Source: Chloroflexia bacterium (GTDB taxonomy: Bacteria > Chloroflexota > Chloroflexia > DTKN01). Taken from it: a stretch of DNA of 64,000 bases. Positions 26,626 through 36,320 of this stretch are shown in pieces. The position numbers and the translations under genes were made by a program. Where the stretch lies: contig DAOTVY010000015.1 of assembly GCA_034436115.1 (NCBI GenBank), forward strand, positions 19,276 through 83,275, in the 5' to 3' direction. The first letter of the stretch is position 1; each line of letters opens with the position of its first letter. The notes beneath the pieces are model-generated. The model was not told where the DNA came from. It searched no databases and was given only the letters and a program-made list of their open reading frames with translations.

Positions 26626-27002
26626 CCGACGGGTCATCGCCCGCGCCGTCGCTGCGACGGCAGGGCATCGACTTGAAAGGCGATGCTCCTCCTTTGGGAT
26701 CGCTCGGGCACTTCATCGGGTGGGTGTACTGGGCCGAATCGGAGCGGGGTGGTCCCAGCCAATCCCCGGGAGACCGCACGTGTTTCACCGCGTTCCTCCT
26801 CCCGCCAGGAGAGGGGAACGACCCTTGGCCCCCTGCCGCCCGCAGAGGCCCGCAGCCGGACCACGCACCCGATTGCCCAGCGTGCGCACGCCGATTCCGC
26901 CACGCTACCCGGACGGGCAACGTCTGTGGAACGGCAGCCAAGGCCTTTTTGGGGCGAAGGCCGCTCACAGGCAACCTATACCCTCACCTCCCCCTCGCCC
27001 GG

Positions 27003-27464
27003 TCAACCGAGCAGGCCGGCGTGGCGGAGGGCTTTCCAGAGGCTCTCTTCCCAGCGATTACCATGGACCAAGTCCCGCAGCTCCCGTGCCTCGTACAGCC
27101 GGCCCAGGTGCGTGAGGATGAAAGCAAAGCGTCGCCATCTGCCACAGGCGATCGGGGGCTCCAGGCGCTCGAGCGGGCCCAAACCGAGGCGGTAATATGG
27201 CGCCTCTGCCCGCGGATGCGCAGCTTCTTCAGGCAGCAGCTCGCGGCGAAGGGCGATCCCCCAGGAAACGATCGGTGCAAAGTAGCGCACCACCCCTCCC
27301 TCGCCACCGAAAGACCGCGGTTGATAGAATGCGATGTAGCGCGCCTGTCTCGCGCGACTGGGCAAACGCTCCACCGGGATACGGTACCAGCCGGCCTGCG
27401 CAAAGGCCAGGTCTCGAGGTCCTTTCAGCACGCCCACGAGCACGGTTTCGTAGCGGTTCTGCAT
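27003..27464 (-). CDS. Conserved hypothetical protein with WYRIP...YIAFYQ motif (domain I recall N-terminal to DUF559 nucleases)
   Basis: VLVGVLKGPRDL..AGWYRIP, YIAFYQP, VRYFAP, RRELLPEE..HPRA..PYYRL.LGPL, RWRRFAFI; ATG 27464 behind GGAGGAAGG. No nuclease domain follows. Confidence 0.7.
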   Translation of the reverse strand: MQNRYETVLVGVLKGPRDLAFAQAGWYRIPVERLPSRARQARYIAFYQPRSFGGEGGVVRYFAPIVSWGIALRRELLPEEAAHPRAEAPYYRLGLGPLERLEPPIACGRWRRFAFILTHLGRLYEARELRDLVHGNRWEESLWKALRHAGLLG

Positions 27465-27552
27465 CCCTTCCTCCTTCCCCCACGTCGGCAACACCCGATA
27501 GCTCCCGTCTCTCCCCGACTGTACCACATTTTCGCACAGATGTACGCCTTTG

Positions 27553-28500
27553 TCAAGCGTGAGGCTGGCAATCCCCTACGTGGTCCTCTTCCAGTTCCTG
27601 GAGCCAACCGTTTTCCAGCCCCGCTGCCTCAAACGCGGCGATGGCTGCGTCGTACTCTTCCCACGTGAGCTTCCGGCCCAGCAGCGGATGTCCCAAAGCG
27701 CGGTGCGCCGGGAAGTATTGCGCCATCAGGCTCACGTGGATGGTGGGTGAGAGCGCGTGCGCGATCCAGTAGAGCACTTCGGCCGTCCCCGCTAACCCGC
27801 CCGGCAACACGAGATGGCGGACGATCATGCCCCGCACCGCGATCCCCTCCCCGTCCAGCTGGAGCTCGCCCACTTGGCGGTACATCTCGCGCAGGGCCGC
27901 ACGGTTCGTTTCCACGTATCTGGTGAACCCTGACACTTCCCGGGCAGCCTCGTCGCTGGCATACTTCGCATCCGGGAGATAGATGTCGATCACCCCATCC
28001 AGCAGCCGAAGTGTATCGACCTCCTCGTATCCGTGCGTATTATACACCAGGGGAATCGTCAGTCCTTTCCGGGCAGCAATGACCAGCGCCAATAGCACCT
28101 GGGGGACAAAGTGGGATGCGGTGACCAGGTTGATGTTGTGTACCCCGCGCTGCTGGAGATCCAACATCATCTCGGCCAGCTCTTCCACCTCTACCTCACG
28201 GCCAACGCCCAACTGGCTGATGGGATAGTTCTGGCAGAAGCGGCAGCGGCCGCTACAACCGCTGAAAAAGATGGTCCCAGACCCCCGGGTACCGCTGATC
28301 GGAGGCTCTTCCCAGGGATGCACATTCCAGGCGGCCACCTTGGGACGCAAGCCCGCCTGGCAGTACCCCCGCTCGTTTTCCAAGCGGTTCACCCCGCAGG
28401 CGCGGGGACAGATCCGACAGGAGGCCAACCGCAACAGGGCCGCTTCGGCGCGCTGCTCCAGCTCGCCGCTGCGAAAGAGGCGGAGGTACCCCGGCTCCAT
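27553..28500 (-). CDS. Radical SAM protein, PflX-like
   Basis: N-terminal CRICPRACGVNR, HPWEEPPISGTRGSGTIFFSG, CxxxCxxC (CSGRCRFC), NINLVT, IYLPDAKY, RHLVLPG; ATG overlaps the upstream TAA. Confidence 0.9.
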   Translation of the reverse strand: MEPGYLRLFRSGELEQRAEAALLRLASCRICPRACGVNRLENERGYCQAGLRPKVAAWNVHPWEEPPISGTRGSGTIFFSGCSGRCRFCQNYPISQLGVGREVEVEELAEMMLDLQQRGVHNINLVTASHFVPQVLLALVIAARKGLTIPLVYNTHGYEEVDTLRLLDGVIDIYLPDAKYASDEAAREVSGFTRYVETNRAALREMYRQVGELQLDGEGIAVRGMIVRHLVLPGGLAGTAEVLYWIAHALSPTIHVSLMAQYFPAHRALGHPLLGRKLTWEEYDAAIAAFEAAGLENGWLQELEEDHVGDCQPHA

Positions 28501-29756
28501 TACTCCCTCCCGGGGATATTGGCAAGCCAAACCGCGGGCCGTCCCTCAAACGGCTCCCCCTGCACGTAGATGCGCAGGGTGATCGCATCCGGGCTCACAG
28601 CCCGGGGCACCGTGCAAGTCCCTTCCACCCGTTCGCCGGACTGGGCGACCAGCACCCGGGGTTCCGAGAGGGCATCGTCGATCGGGTAGGTGTTCAGCAC
28701 ATTGTCTTCGATCGAGATGTTGTCGGCCGTCAGGGGAAAGCTCACACGCCGCACACCGTGGTTGAAGAGCGCCCAGTGCAGGATCATCCGATCCGGTAGG
28801 AACTCGACCGACCGGAGCACGACCTCCACCCGGCCCCCGGCATAGGCGCTCTCGCGCTCGACTGCCTGCTCGATCACCTCGATACGCACGGCGGGCGTTT
28901 GAATGCGGGGGTCCGGCACTGTGGGAAGGACTACCGGTGGCGAAGGCTCCTGGGTCGGAATGCCTCGGAGCTGCCGCCATAGCGCCGGCACGGCGCCCGA
29001 CCCAAACCCCACCACAAGCAGCACCAGAGCGATCACCAAAGCCACCCCTAGCCTTGCTGACCATGCCGGTACCGGCCCCGCGCGCGGTAGCGTCGGAGAA
29101 ACCGTGGGCTCGACGACTCGCCCCGGGGCCCGCCCATCGGGCACCCACGCTTCTCCGACCAGGAGGTTTACGTCGTGCCAAGGCTCACACCGAAGCACAC
29201 GGGGGATCGCGAGGAGCTCTTCTTCTGTCAGGTCGATTTCCGAGCTGGTTACCGTGACCAGGTAGGTCGGCAGTTCGTCCAGGCCCTTCAGGTCGACCTT
29301 CCAGTCGAGCACGACCTCCGACTCCGGGTGGATGAAAGGCGAGATGACCACCAGCCGCTTGCATGTGCGGAAATCGACCGCCTGGGCCCGATGTTCGGAT
29401 AAGAAATCGCGGCGATGCTGGTTCAGGTAGTTGCTGAGGCGGTAAAAGTACGAGATCACCTGGTTGTAGGGGTTCCGGCGATCCGGGTTCAGGATGTGGA
29501 CCTCGCCATTGGCGTCGATCACCTGCCACTTCCCGTTGACCCCGCCGATGACCTTCCCGTCGCAATGCTTGAGCTCGATCACAAAGCCCGCATTGCGCTT
29601 GAAAATGGCCAAGTCGATCGCCTGGCCCCCGACGGTGAAATTGGCCAAGATGAGGTAAAGGTCATCCAGGCGGGCCAACCCCCGGGCCAAGGCCACGATC
29701 GCTTCCCGCTCTTGCGCGTGCTCTGGAACCTCGCCTACCCATACTTGGACAGCCAC
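28500..29756 (-). CDS. NERD-type nuclease domain + TM helix + C-terminal extracytoplasmic beta-rich domain
   Basis: IDLAIF...VIELKH (PD-(D/E)xK-like), GGVNGKW, NPYNQ; Pro-rich linker; TM LGVALVIALVLLVVGFG; C-terminal beta-strand pattern. Confidence 0.75.
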   Translation of the reverse strand: MAVQVWVGEVPEHAQEREAIVALARGLARLDDLYLILANFTVGGQAIDLAIFKRNAGFVIELKHCDGKVIGGVNGKWQVIDANGEVHILNPDRRNPYNQVISYFYRLSNYLNQHRRDFLSEHRAQAVDFRTCKRLVVISPFIHPESEVVLDWKVDLKGLDELPTYLVTVTSSEIDLTEEELLAIPRVLRCEPWHDVNLLVGEAWVPDGRAPGRVVEPTVSPTLPRAGPVPAWSARLGVALVIALVLLVVGFGSGAVPALWRQLRGIPTQEPSPPVVLPTVPDPRIQTPAVRIEVIEQAVERESAYAGGRVEVVLRSVEFLPDRMILHWALFNHGVRRVSFPLTADNISIEDNVLNTYPIDDALSEPRVLVAQSGERVEGTCTVPRAVSPDAITLRIYVQGEPFEGRPAVWLANIPGRE

Positions 29757-29779
29757 GGTGCTGCTCCGCCCCTCCCGGG

Positions 29780-31867
29780 CTAGGCGGTGCCTTGCTTCCG
29801 CCGCCTGCGACCTCCGCTCGACGCCGAGACACCGTGCACGGGCGTTTCCAACGAGGAGCTATACAGTCCTTTGCGCTTCAGATGGGCCTCCACGGGGTCT
29901 TCTTCCAACAACGCACGTAGCTCAAAGATCTGATCCCGCAGGAGGGCCGCCTTCTCGAACTCCAGGCGGCGTGCCGCTTCGCGCATCTGCCGCTCCAGAT
30001 CCTGCAGCAGCCGCCGCGCCTCCGCCGCAGGTATCGCCGGAACGCCATACGGAACGGCTTCCTCAGCCACCCGCCGTACGCGGTCCGTAAGGTCCCGAAC
30101 CTCTTTGACAATGCTGGCCGGCGTGATGCCGTGCGCTTCGTTGTAGGCCATTTGAATCTGCCGACGACGGTTGGTCTCCTGGATCGCGCCCTCCATCGCA
30201 GGAGTGATCTGGTCGGCATACAGCAGCACAGTACCCTCCACGTGGCGGGCGGCGCGACCGATGGTCTGGATCAGCGAGGTCGTGGAGCGCAGGAAGCCCT
30301 CCTTGTCCGCATCGAGGATGGCCACCAACGAAACTTCGGGAAGGTCCAACCCTTCGCGCAACAGGTTGATGCCAACGACGACGTCATAGACGCCCAGCCG
30401 CAGATCCCGAAGGATCTCCACCCGCTCGATGGTTTCAATCTCGGAGTGCAGGTAGTGCGTGCGGATACCCATCTCCCGCAGGTAATCGGCGAGGTCTTCC
30501 GCCATTCGTTTCGTCAGCGTGGTGACGAGCGCACGCTGTCCCTTCTCGACGCGCTGACGGATCTCCCGGAGCAGGTCGTCCACCTGCCCCTTGGTCGGAC
30601 GCACCTCGACCCGTGGATCCACCAGGCCGGTAGGGCGGATGATCTGCTCCACGACCTGCTGTGAGTGCGCCAGCTCATAGGGGCCCGGCGTCGCGGAGGT
30701 AAAGATCACCTGGTGGATGCGCTCCTCAAACTCCTCGAAGGTCAGAGGACGGTTGTCGAGCGCGGAAGGCAACCGGAAGCCATACTCCACAAGGGTCTCC
30801 TTGCGCGAACGGTCCCCGTGGTACATCCCCCGGACTTGGGGCACGGCGATGTGCGATTCGTCAACGAACAGGAGAAAGTCATCGGGGAAATAGTCCAGGA
30901 GTGTCCAGGGCGCCTGCCCCGGCTTCCGGAACGAGAGATGGCGAGAGTAGTTCTCGATGCCGCTGCAGTAACCCGTTTCCCGCATCATCTCGATATCATA
31001 GCGGGTGCGTTGCTCCAACCGTTGCGCTTCGAGGAGCTTCCCTTGTTCCCGCAGTTCCTTCAGCCGCTCCTCCAGTTCTTCTTCGATCCGCACGAGCGCG
31101 GCTTCCAACTGCTCGCGGGGCGTAACAAAGTGGCGGGCTGGAAAGATCCGCACCTCTTCTGGCTCGGCGAGGACCTCACCCGTCAGGGGATCGATCTCCG
31201 CCAACCGATCGATTTCGTCTCCCCAAAACTCGATCCGAATGGCCGTGTCTCGATAGGCAGGGTAGATATCCACGGTGTCACCCCGGACGCGGAAGGTCCC
31301 GCGGCCGAAGGCATAGTCATTTCGCTCGTAGTAGATCCCGGCCAAGTGGCGCAAGATGCTGTCCCGTTTTCGCATCTCGCCCCGGCGCAGGGTCAGCACC
31401 TCCCGTCCGTATTCCTCCGGCGAGCCGATGGCGTAGATGCAGGAAACGCTGGCGACGATGATCACGTCGCGGCGCGTCAACACAGCCTCAGTCGCCGCCA
31501 GGCGCAGCTTCTCGATCTCCTCGTTGATGTCGGCATCTTTCTCGATATAGGTGTCCGTGCGCGGGATGTACGCTTCGGGCTGGTAGTAGTCGTAGTAGCT
31601 CACAAAGTACTCTACCGCATTATGGGGGAAAAAGTCGCGGAACTCGCTGTAGAGCTGTGCCGCCAGCGTCTTGTTCGGGGCCAGGACGAGCGTGGGACGC
31701 TGCACCTGCTCGATGACGGAAGCCATCACGAAGGTCTTGCCGGTCCCGGTTGCCCCGAGGAGGGTCTGCATCTTGTAGCCGCGCTTCAGCCCCTCAACGA
31801 GACGAGCGATCGCCTGGGGCTGATCTCCAGTGGGTCGGAAATCGGACACCAGATGGAACTGCGCCAT
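29780..31867 (-). CDS. uvrB: Excinuclease ABC subunit B
   Basis: [73 protein letters not shown]-terminal UVR domain; ATG 31867. Confidence 0.99.
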   Translation of the reverse strand: MAQFHLVSDFRPTGDQPQAIARLVEGLKRGYKMQTLLGATGTGKTFVMASVIEQVQRPTLVLAPNKTLAAQLYSEFRDFFPHNAVEYFVSYYDYYQPEAYIPRTDTYIEKDADINEEIEKLRLAATEAVLTRRDVIIVASVSCIYAIGSPEEYGREVLTLRRGEMRKRDSILRHLAGIYYERNDYAFGRGTFRVRGDTVDIYPAYRDTAIRIEFWGDEIDRLAEIDPLTGEVLAEPEEVRIFPARHFVTPREQLEAALVRIEEELEERLKELREQGKLLEAQRLEQRTRYDIEMMRETGYCSGIENYSRHLSFRKPGQAPWTLLDYFPDDFLLFVDESHIAVPQVRGMYHGDRSRKETLVEYGFRLPSALDNRPLTFEEFEERIHQVIFTSATPGPYELAHSQQVVEQIIRPTGLVDPRVEVRPTKGQVDDLLREIRQRVEKGQRALVTTLTKRMAEDLADYLREMGIRTHYLHSEIETIERVEILRDLRLGVYDVVVGINLLREGLDLPEVSLVAILDADKEGFLRSTTSLIQTIGRAARHVEGTVLLYADQITPAMEGAIQETNRRRQIQMAYNEAHGITPASIVKEVRDLTDRVRRVAEEAVPYGVPAIPAAEARRLLQDLERQMREAARRLEFEKAALLRDQIFELRALLEEDPVEAHLKRKGLYSSSLETPVHGVSASSGGRRRRKQGTA

Positions 31868-31993
31868 GGAAACACCCCGCCCCGGACGAGATGTATCCGG
31901 TTGATAGTTTATTATACCCGATTTCGCGCAAACGTGCGAATGCGGACGCAAGCCAGGGGGAAGAACTTGCTCAGCGGAGTGGGGGGCAATTGG

Positions 31994-32911
31994 TCAGATA
32001 CGCTTGTAGGCCTCGAGGAATCCTCTGCGGTTCATCTCGGCGATCTGGCGCCAGATCGCGGCTGGCTCCACGCCATCGGGGGGAAGATTGGCCCGAAACA
32101 CCGCCTCTGCGGCAAGCTCAGGACCTATGGAACGCGCCAAGCTGTCCCATTCCCGCAACGTCGCCTCCAGCCGTTCGAGCACGCTTTCGGGCTCCCACGA
32201 AACGCCGTAATGCGTGAAGCAGATGCCGCGTGGCCGGCGAGCCCGCAGGAATTCCAGGGACCAGAGCATCGCCGCTGGATCGAAGGCCGGAGGGACGGTG
32301 ACCGGACGCAGGAGGGAGCGATCCGGCAGGCGTACCCCGGCCGCATCTCCGGAGAACAGGAGGCCGGCGTGGGGAGCCTCATAGGCGACATGGTCTCGGG
32401 AATGGCCGGGCGTCGGGATCGCTTTCAGCCGTACGCCGCCTCCCAGGTCGAGCTCGATCTCCTCCGCTGCGAGCATCCGCTCGGGCGAGAGCGGCTCAAC
32501 GGTGCCGTACAGGGGAAAGAGTGTTCCCACCGCTTCGGAAACGCCCGCAAGCAACCGGGAAGGGTCCACCAGGTGACGATGGGAGCGGGAGTGGATCACC
32601 ACCTTGGCCCCGGGGAGGATCCGGGCCAGATGGCCGGCTGCGCCGGCGTGGTCCAGATGGACGTGCGTGCAGACGATGTAGCGCACGGCTTCGCGCGGGA
32701 TCCCCAGGCGGTCGAGGCCTTCCAGGATCCGGGGCACTGCGTGCGAGGTCCCCACCTCCACCAGCGCTACCGCATCCGCACCCTGCACGATATAGCAGGC
32801 GCCGTAACGCGGCAGACCCAAGAGGTGCAAATCCAATCCCTGAACGCCATCGGCAACCGGAAAGATCGATGCGGATTCATCCGGCTGCGAAGTCGCGCGA
32901 TCCGGTATCAT
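31994..32911 (-). CDS. MBL-fold metallo-hydrolase
   Basis: [33 protein letters not shown]; start overlaps the pcm stop. Confidence 0.9.
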   Translation of the reverse strand: MIPDRATSQPDESASIFPVADGVQGLDLHLLGLPRYGACYIVQGADAVALVEVGTSHAVPRILEGLDRLGIPREAVRYIVCTHVHLDHAGAAGHLARILPGAKVVIHSRSHRHLVDPSRLLAGVSEAVGTLFPLYGTVEPLSPERMLAAEEIELDLGGGVRLKAIPTPGHSRDHVAYEAPHAGLLFSGDAAGVRLPDRSLLRPVTVPPAFDPAAMLWSLEFLRARRPRGICFTHYGVSWEPESVLERLEATLREWDSLARSIGPELAAEAVFRANLPPDGVEPAAIWRQIAEMNRRGFLEAYKRI

Positions 32912-33576
32912 TGGTGCACAACCCCTTCAGAGGAATCGGCGCGCCTGGCACGGGTGAGCGGAACAAAGAGGACCCCACCGTAATTGGTGCGAAACACCTT
33001 GCCTCCACGCTTTTCCAGCAACCACAAATCCTGGTAGCCCAGCGCGCTGCCCAGGGGCACCACCAGCCGACCTCCTTCCGCCAGCTGCTCGATCAGCGGC
33101 GGCGGTACCTCGGGCGCCGCGGCGGTCACGATGATCCCATCGTACGGCGCATGTTCCGGCCACCCATCGTAGCCATCCCCCTGACGGGTAAAGACGTTGC
33201 GATACCCCAGTTCGGCCAAGCGACGCGCTGCCTGCTCCGCCAGTTCGGGGATGATCTCGATCGTGTACACTTCGCGGACGATCTCGGCAAGCACTGCCGC
33301 CTGGTACCCGCAGCCCGTGCCAATCTCCAGCACGCGGTCTGTGGGCTCGGGATCGAGCAGCTCGGTCATCAGCGCCACGATGTAGGGCTGCGAAATCGTC
33401 TGACCATAACCGATGGGCAGCGGGTAATCCGCGTACGCTTGAGAGCGGTACTCCGGGGGAACGAATCGATGCCGGGGGACACGTTCCATCGCCCGCAGGA
33501 CGGCCGGATGGGAAATGCCCCGGCGGGCAATCTGTGTCTCCACCATGTGCTTGGCTTCCACCGGGTCGCTCCTCAT
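32908..33576 (-). CDS. pcm: Protein-L-isoaspartate O-methyltransferase
   Basis: [62 protein letters not shown]. Confidence 0.97.
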   Translation of the reverse strand: MRSDPVEAKHMVETQIARRGISHPAVLRAMERVPRHRFVPPEYRSQAYADYPLPIGYGQTISQPYIVALMTELLDPEPTDRVLEIGTGCGYQAAVLAEIVREVYTIEIIPELAEQAARRLAELGYRNVFTRQGDGYDGWPEHAPYDGIIVTAAAPEVPPPLIEQLAEGGRLVVPLGSALGYQDLWLLEKRGGKVFRTNYGGVLFVPLTRARRADSSEGVVHQ

Positions 33577-33619
33577 CCGGGCCGGGAAGCCCCGATGGTT
33601 GTCCTGCGCGACCGATCGC

Positions 33620-34471
33620 TCAGGGCTCCACCGGGTAGACGACGATGCCGATCGTGCCCGGGCCGGTGTGGGTGCCGATCACCGGGCTGAGCTCGGAAAC
33701 GATCAGCTGCCGACAATTCAGCTGTGCCCGCACCGCGGCCGCAACCTCTTCAGCTTCTTGTGGAGCCGCCGCATGGATCACCGCCGCATTGACCGGCCGG
33801 CCGGCCGCCTCCGCGACGAGAAGATCGATCGCGCGTTGAAGCGCGCGGCGCTTCAGGCGCACCCGTTCGACGGCGTCCACCCGCCCGTCCTTCAGGGTCA
33901 GAAGCGGCTTCAGGCTCAAGAGCGAACCGAGAAAGGCCTGCGCTCCCCCGATACGGCCACCGCGGTGCAGGAATTCGAGCGTGTCCACAACGAAGAGGAT
34001 CCGCAGGCGATCCCGCACCTGCTCCACGCGGCGAATCGCTTCTTCCACCGTCCGGCCGGCTTCTAATGCCCACGCGGCCTCGAGCACCTGGTATCCCAGG
34101 CCCATGGAGGTCGAGAGCGAGTCGATCACGTGGATGGGCACATCCGGAACCTGGTCCTGAGCCAGCAGCGCCGAGGCCACGGTGCCGCTCAACTTGCTGG
34201 AGATATGGGTGGAGAGGATTGCCGAAGCCCCCGCTTCGACACAGCGGCGATACGCCTCTACAAAGTCGCCCGCGGAAGGCTGTGACGTTGCTGGAAAGAC
34301 CGGGCTGCTCGGCAGTCGGGCGTAGAACTGCTCCGGGGTGATCTCGACCCCATCGCGGAAGACCTGGTCCCCAAAGCGCACATAGAGCGGAACGACTGTG
34401 ATCCGATAGCGCTCGATCAGGTCCGGTGGAAGGTACGCTGTGCTGTCGGTAACCAGGGCAACGGAACCCAT
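33620..34471 (-). CDS. DegV family fatty-acid-binding protein
   Basis: [55 protein letters not shown]; ATG 34471 behind AAGGAGG. Confidence 0.95.
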   Translation of the reverse strand: MGSVALVTDSTAYLPPDLIERYRITVVPLYVRFGDQVFRDGVEITPEQFYARLPSSPVFPATSQPSAGDFVEAYRRCVEAGASAILSTHISSKLSGTVASALLAQDQVPDVPIHVIDSLSTSMGLGYQVLEAAWALEAGRTVEEAIRRVEQVRDRLRILFVVDTLEFLHRGGRIGGAQAFLGSLLSLKPLLTLKDGRVDAVERVRLKRRALQRAIDLLVAEAAGRPVNAAVIHAAAPQEAEEVAAAVRAQLNCRQLIVSELSPVIGTHTGPGTIGIVVYPVEP

Positions 34472-34641
34472 TGGGAATACCTCCTTTGTGCGCTCACACT
34501 CGCCTCGCACCTCGCGCGCGTTGCCCTGCCACGCCATTCACGGGCCGCCTTGGCCCAGGACAAGCTGCTTCTTCCCTGCCTAGCGCTCCCATCCCGCCTA
34601 CCACGCCGTCGTGGAAGAGGCGTTGGCGGCCGGGCATGCCC

Positions 34642-34671
34642 ATTATAGCCGGGGCCCGGTACCATTGTCAA
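34642..34671 (-). promoter_or_regulatory. Promoter of the degV-pcm-MBL genes
   Basis: TTGACA-18-TATAAT. Confidence 0.7.
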
Positions 34672-34849
34672 CCCGATGTGCGGAAAGCAGTACCGACCAT
34701 ACGAGTGCGATCGATCCGAAGCTCGTAGAGCAAATTCCTCCGCACCAGCAGGCTCCCACTTTGCCCTCTGTCCGAAGCCCTACCGGTGGAAGGAACAACG
34801 CATGCGTGCTATAATGACATCGGCCGTTCCCTGTGCGAGGCGTGTAGCG

Positions 34850-35467
34850 ATGGCAAACGTCATTACCATCAGCCGAATCGTCCCGCTTTTCGCGACCGTG
34901 CTGCTGCTCTACGTTGGTCCCCCTGCTGCCCAGGCGGGCGCCGTGCCGGTCATCCTTCTCCTGCTGGCGATGGACTTTTTCGACGGGCTTGTGGCGCGCC
35001 GCACTGGACGCGTGACAAAGCTTGGAAGCACCCTCGACATCGCGATGGACCGCCTGGTCGAATTCGTGCTGTGGGTATGTTTCTCGGACTTGCGGCTGAT
35101 CCCGATTTGGGTGCCGCTGGTCGTGATCACGCGTGGCATGATCGTCGACGCCGTGCGCGGTTATGCCCTGGCTTTCGGCCAAACGGCCTTCGGCATGATG
35201 CACTCGCGTCTGGGTCGTTTCCTGGTTTCTTCGCGCTTCATGCGGGACCTCTACGGCGTCACTAAGGTATGCGCGTTCCTGGCTCTGGCCCTGGTGCACG
35301 CCCTGCGCAGAGGTGCAGTTGCGCCGTTGCTGCCCGTCGGTCCGCAGATCTACGCCGCCGGCTACGCGCTCACGGTGTTTGCGGTGCTCCTGTGCCTCGC
35401 GCGAGGTGTGCCTGTATTGTTCGACGCTCGCGCCCTGTTCCGCCGAAGGCTGCCGGAGGAGCAGTGA
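34850..35467 (+). CDS. CDP-alcohol phosphatidyltransferase (PgsA-like)
   Basis: ANVITISRI and signature DFFDGLVARRTGRVTKLGSTLDIAMD; TG-TATAAT at 34810-34815 upstream. Confidence 0.92.
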   Translation: MANVITISRIVPLFATVLLLYVGPPAAQAGAVPVILLLLAMDFFDGLVARRTGRVTKLGSTLDIAMDRLVEFVLWVCFSDLRLIPIWVPLVVITRGMIVDAVRGYALAFGQTAFGMMHSRLGRFLVSSRFMRDLYGVTKVCAFLALALVHALRRGAVAPLLPVGPQIYAAGYALTVFAVLLCLARGVPVLFDARALFRRRLPEEQ

Positions 35468-35468
35468 C

Positions 35469-36182
35469 GTGGGGCAACCGGGCGCCTTCTTCGACATCGA
35501 CCGCACCCTGCTTGTCGGAACTTCCCTGGAGAGTTGCTTTCTCCGCGTGGCACTGCGCCGGCATCGCCTGGGTCCCCGCGCCTTGTTGCGGAACCTGGTC
35601 ACGGGTCTGCGGGCGCTTGGGTCGCGCGATCCAGCACAGGGCCTGGTGTTGCCCAGGGACCTTCCACCAACCGCCCGCCTTCGTTATGCGTTCTTCAGTG
35701 GAAATAAGGCTTACCTGCAAGGGCTTTCCCTCCAGGAGTGCCGAGCGCTCGCCCAGGCCTCCTTTGAAAGCGAGGTGCTGCCCCGCCTTAGCCCGCGGGG
35801 TGTCGCGTGCTTCTGCGAACACCGGAATGCAGGACGACGGGTGATCCTCTTGAGCGGTACGCTTGACTTCCTGGCGGAGCCACTCCAGGCCTACCTGCAG
35901 GCAGAACGCCTGCTGGCAGCGCGACCGGAGATCGACGGCGACCGTCTCACTGGCCGACTGGCCGAGCCCCACCCTTACGGGAGGCAAAAGCGCGAGCTGC
36001 TCCAACAGCTTGCTCTGGAAGAGGACATCGACCTCTCTTGCTCTTACGCCTACGCGGATCATTATACGGACCTGCCCTTCCTGGAAGCCGTTGGGCATCC
36101 GGTAGCGGTCAATCCAGACCGACGGCTGTACCGTGTGGCCCGGGCACGCGGCTGGGTGATCGAGCGGTTCGGAAAGGAGTAA
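35469..36182 (+). CDS. HAD-IB family phosphatase
   Basis: AFFDIDRT (motif I), LLSGT (II), GRQK (III), YAYADHYTDLPFLEAVGHPVAVNPD (IV); GTG 35469. Confidence 0.9.
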   Translation: MGQPGAFFDIDRTLLVGTSLESCFLRVALRRHRLGPRALLRNLVTGLRALGSRDPAQGLVLPRDLPPTARLRYAFFSGNKAYLQGLSLQECRALAQASFESEVLPRLSPRGVACFCEHRNAGRRVILLSGTLDFLAEPLQAYLQAERLLAARPEIDGDRLTGRLAEPHPYGRQKRELLQQLALEEDIDLSCSYAYADHYTDLPFLEAVGHPVAVNPDRRLYRVARARGWVIERFGKE

Positions 36183-36185
36183 GGT

Positions 36186-36308
36186 CTAGCGGCGGCGCCG
36201 GCTGTACAGGAAGGCGACCAGGAAGAGGAGTGCCCCGGCCAATACGAGCCCATAAAAGAGGGTGCTCCCTATCCCTGCCAGGTGGTTTTGCGGATCAAAA
36301 AGTCCCAC
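36186..36308 (-). CDS. 40-aa single-TM small protein ending in RRRR (not in the ORF track)
   Basis: GTG 36308 behind GGGAGG: MGLFDPQNHLAGIGSTLFYGLVLAGALLFLVAFLYSRRRR*; same frame as the upstream 740-aa ORF. Confidence 0.6.
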   Translation of the reverse strand: MGLFDPQNHLAGIGSTLFYGLVLAGALLFLVAFLYSRRRR

Positions 36309-36320
36309 CCTGTCCTCCCG

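Noticed and set aside
26768-26798. Cobalamin-riboswitch-like string GAGGAACGCGGTGAAACACGTGCGGTCTCCC (minus strand)
   Set aside because: The GG-TGAAA-TCC T-loop pairing and the following GCnACTGT are missing, and no B12-related gene is downstream.
34564-34582. SRP RNA helix-8-like string CAGGGAAGAAGCAGC in the degV leader
   Set aside because: No paired CC-GNRA-GG stem between CAGG and AAGCAG, and no enclosing long hairpin.
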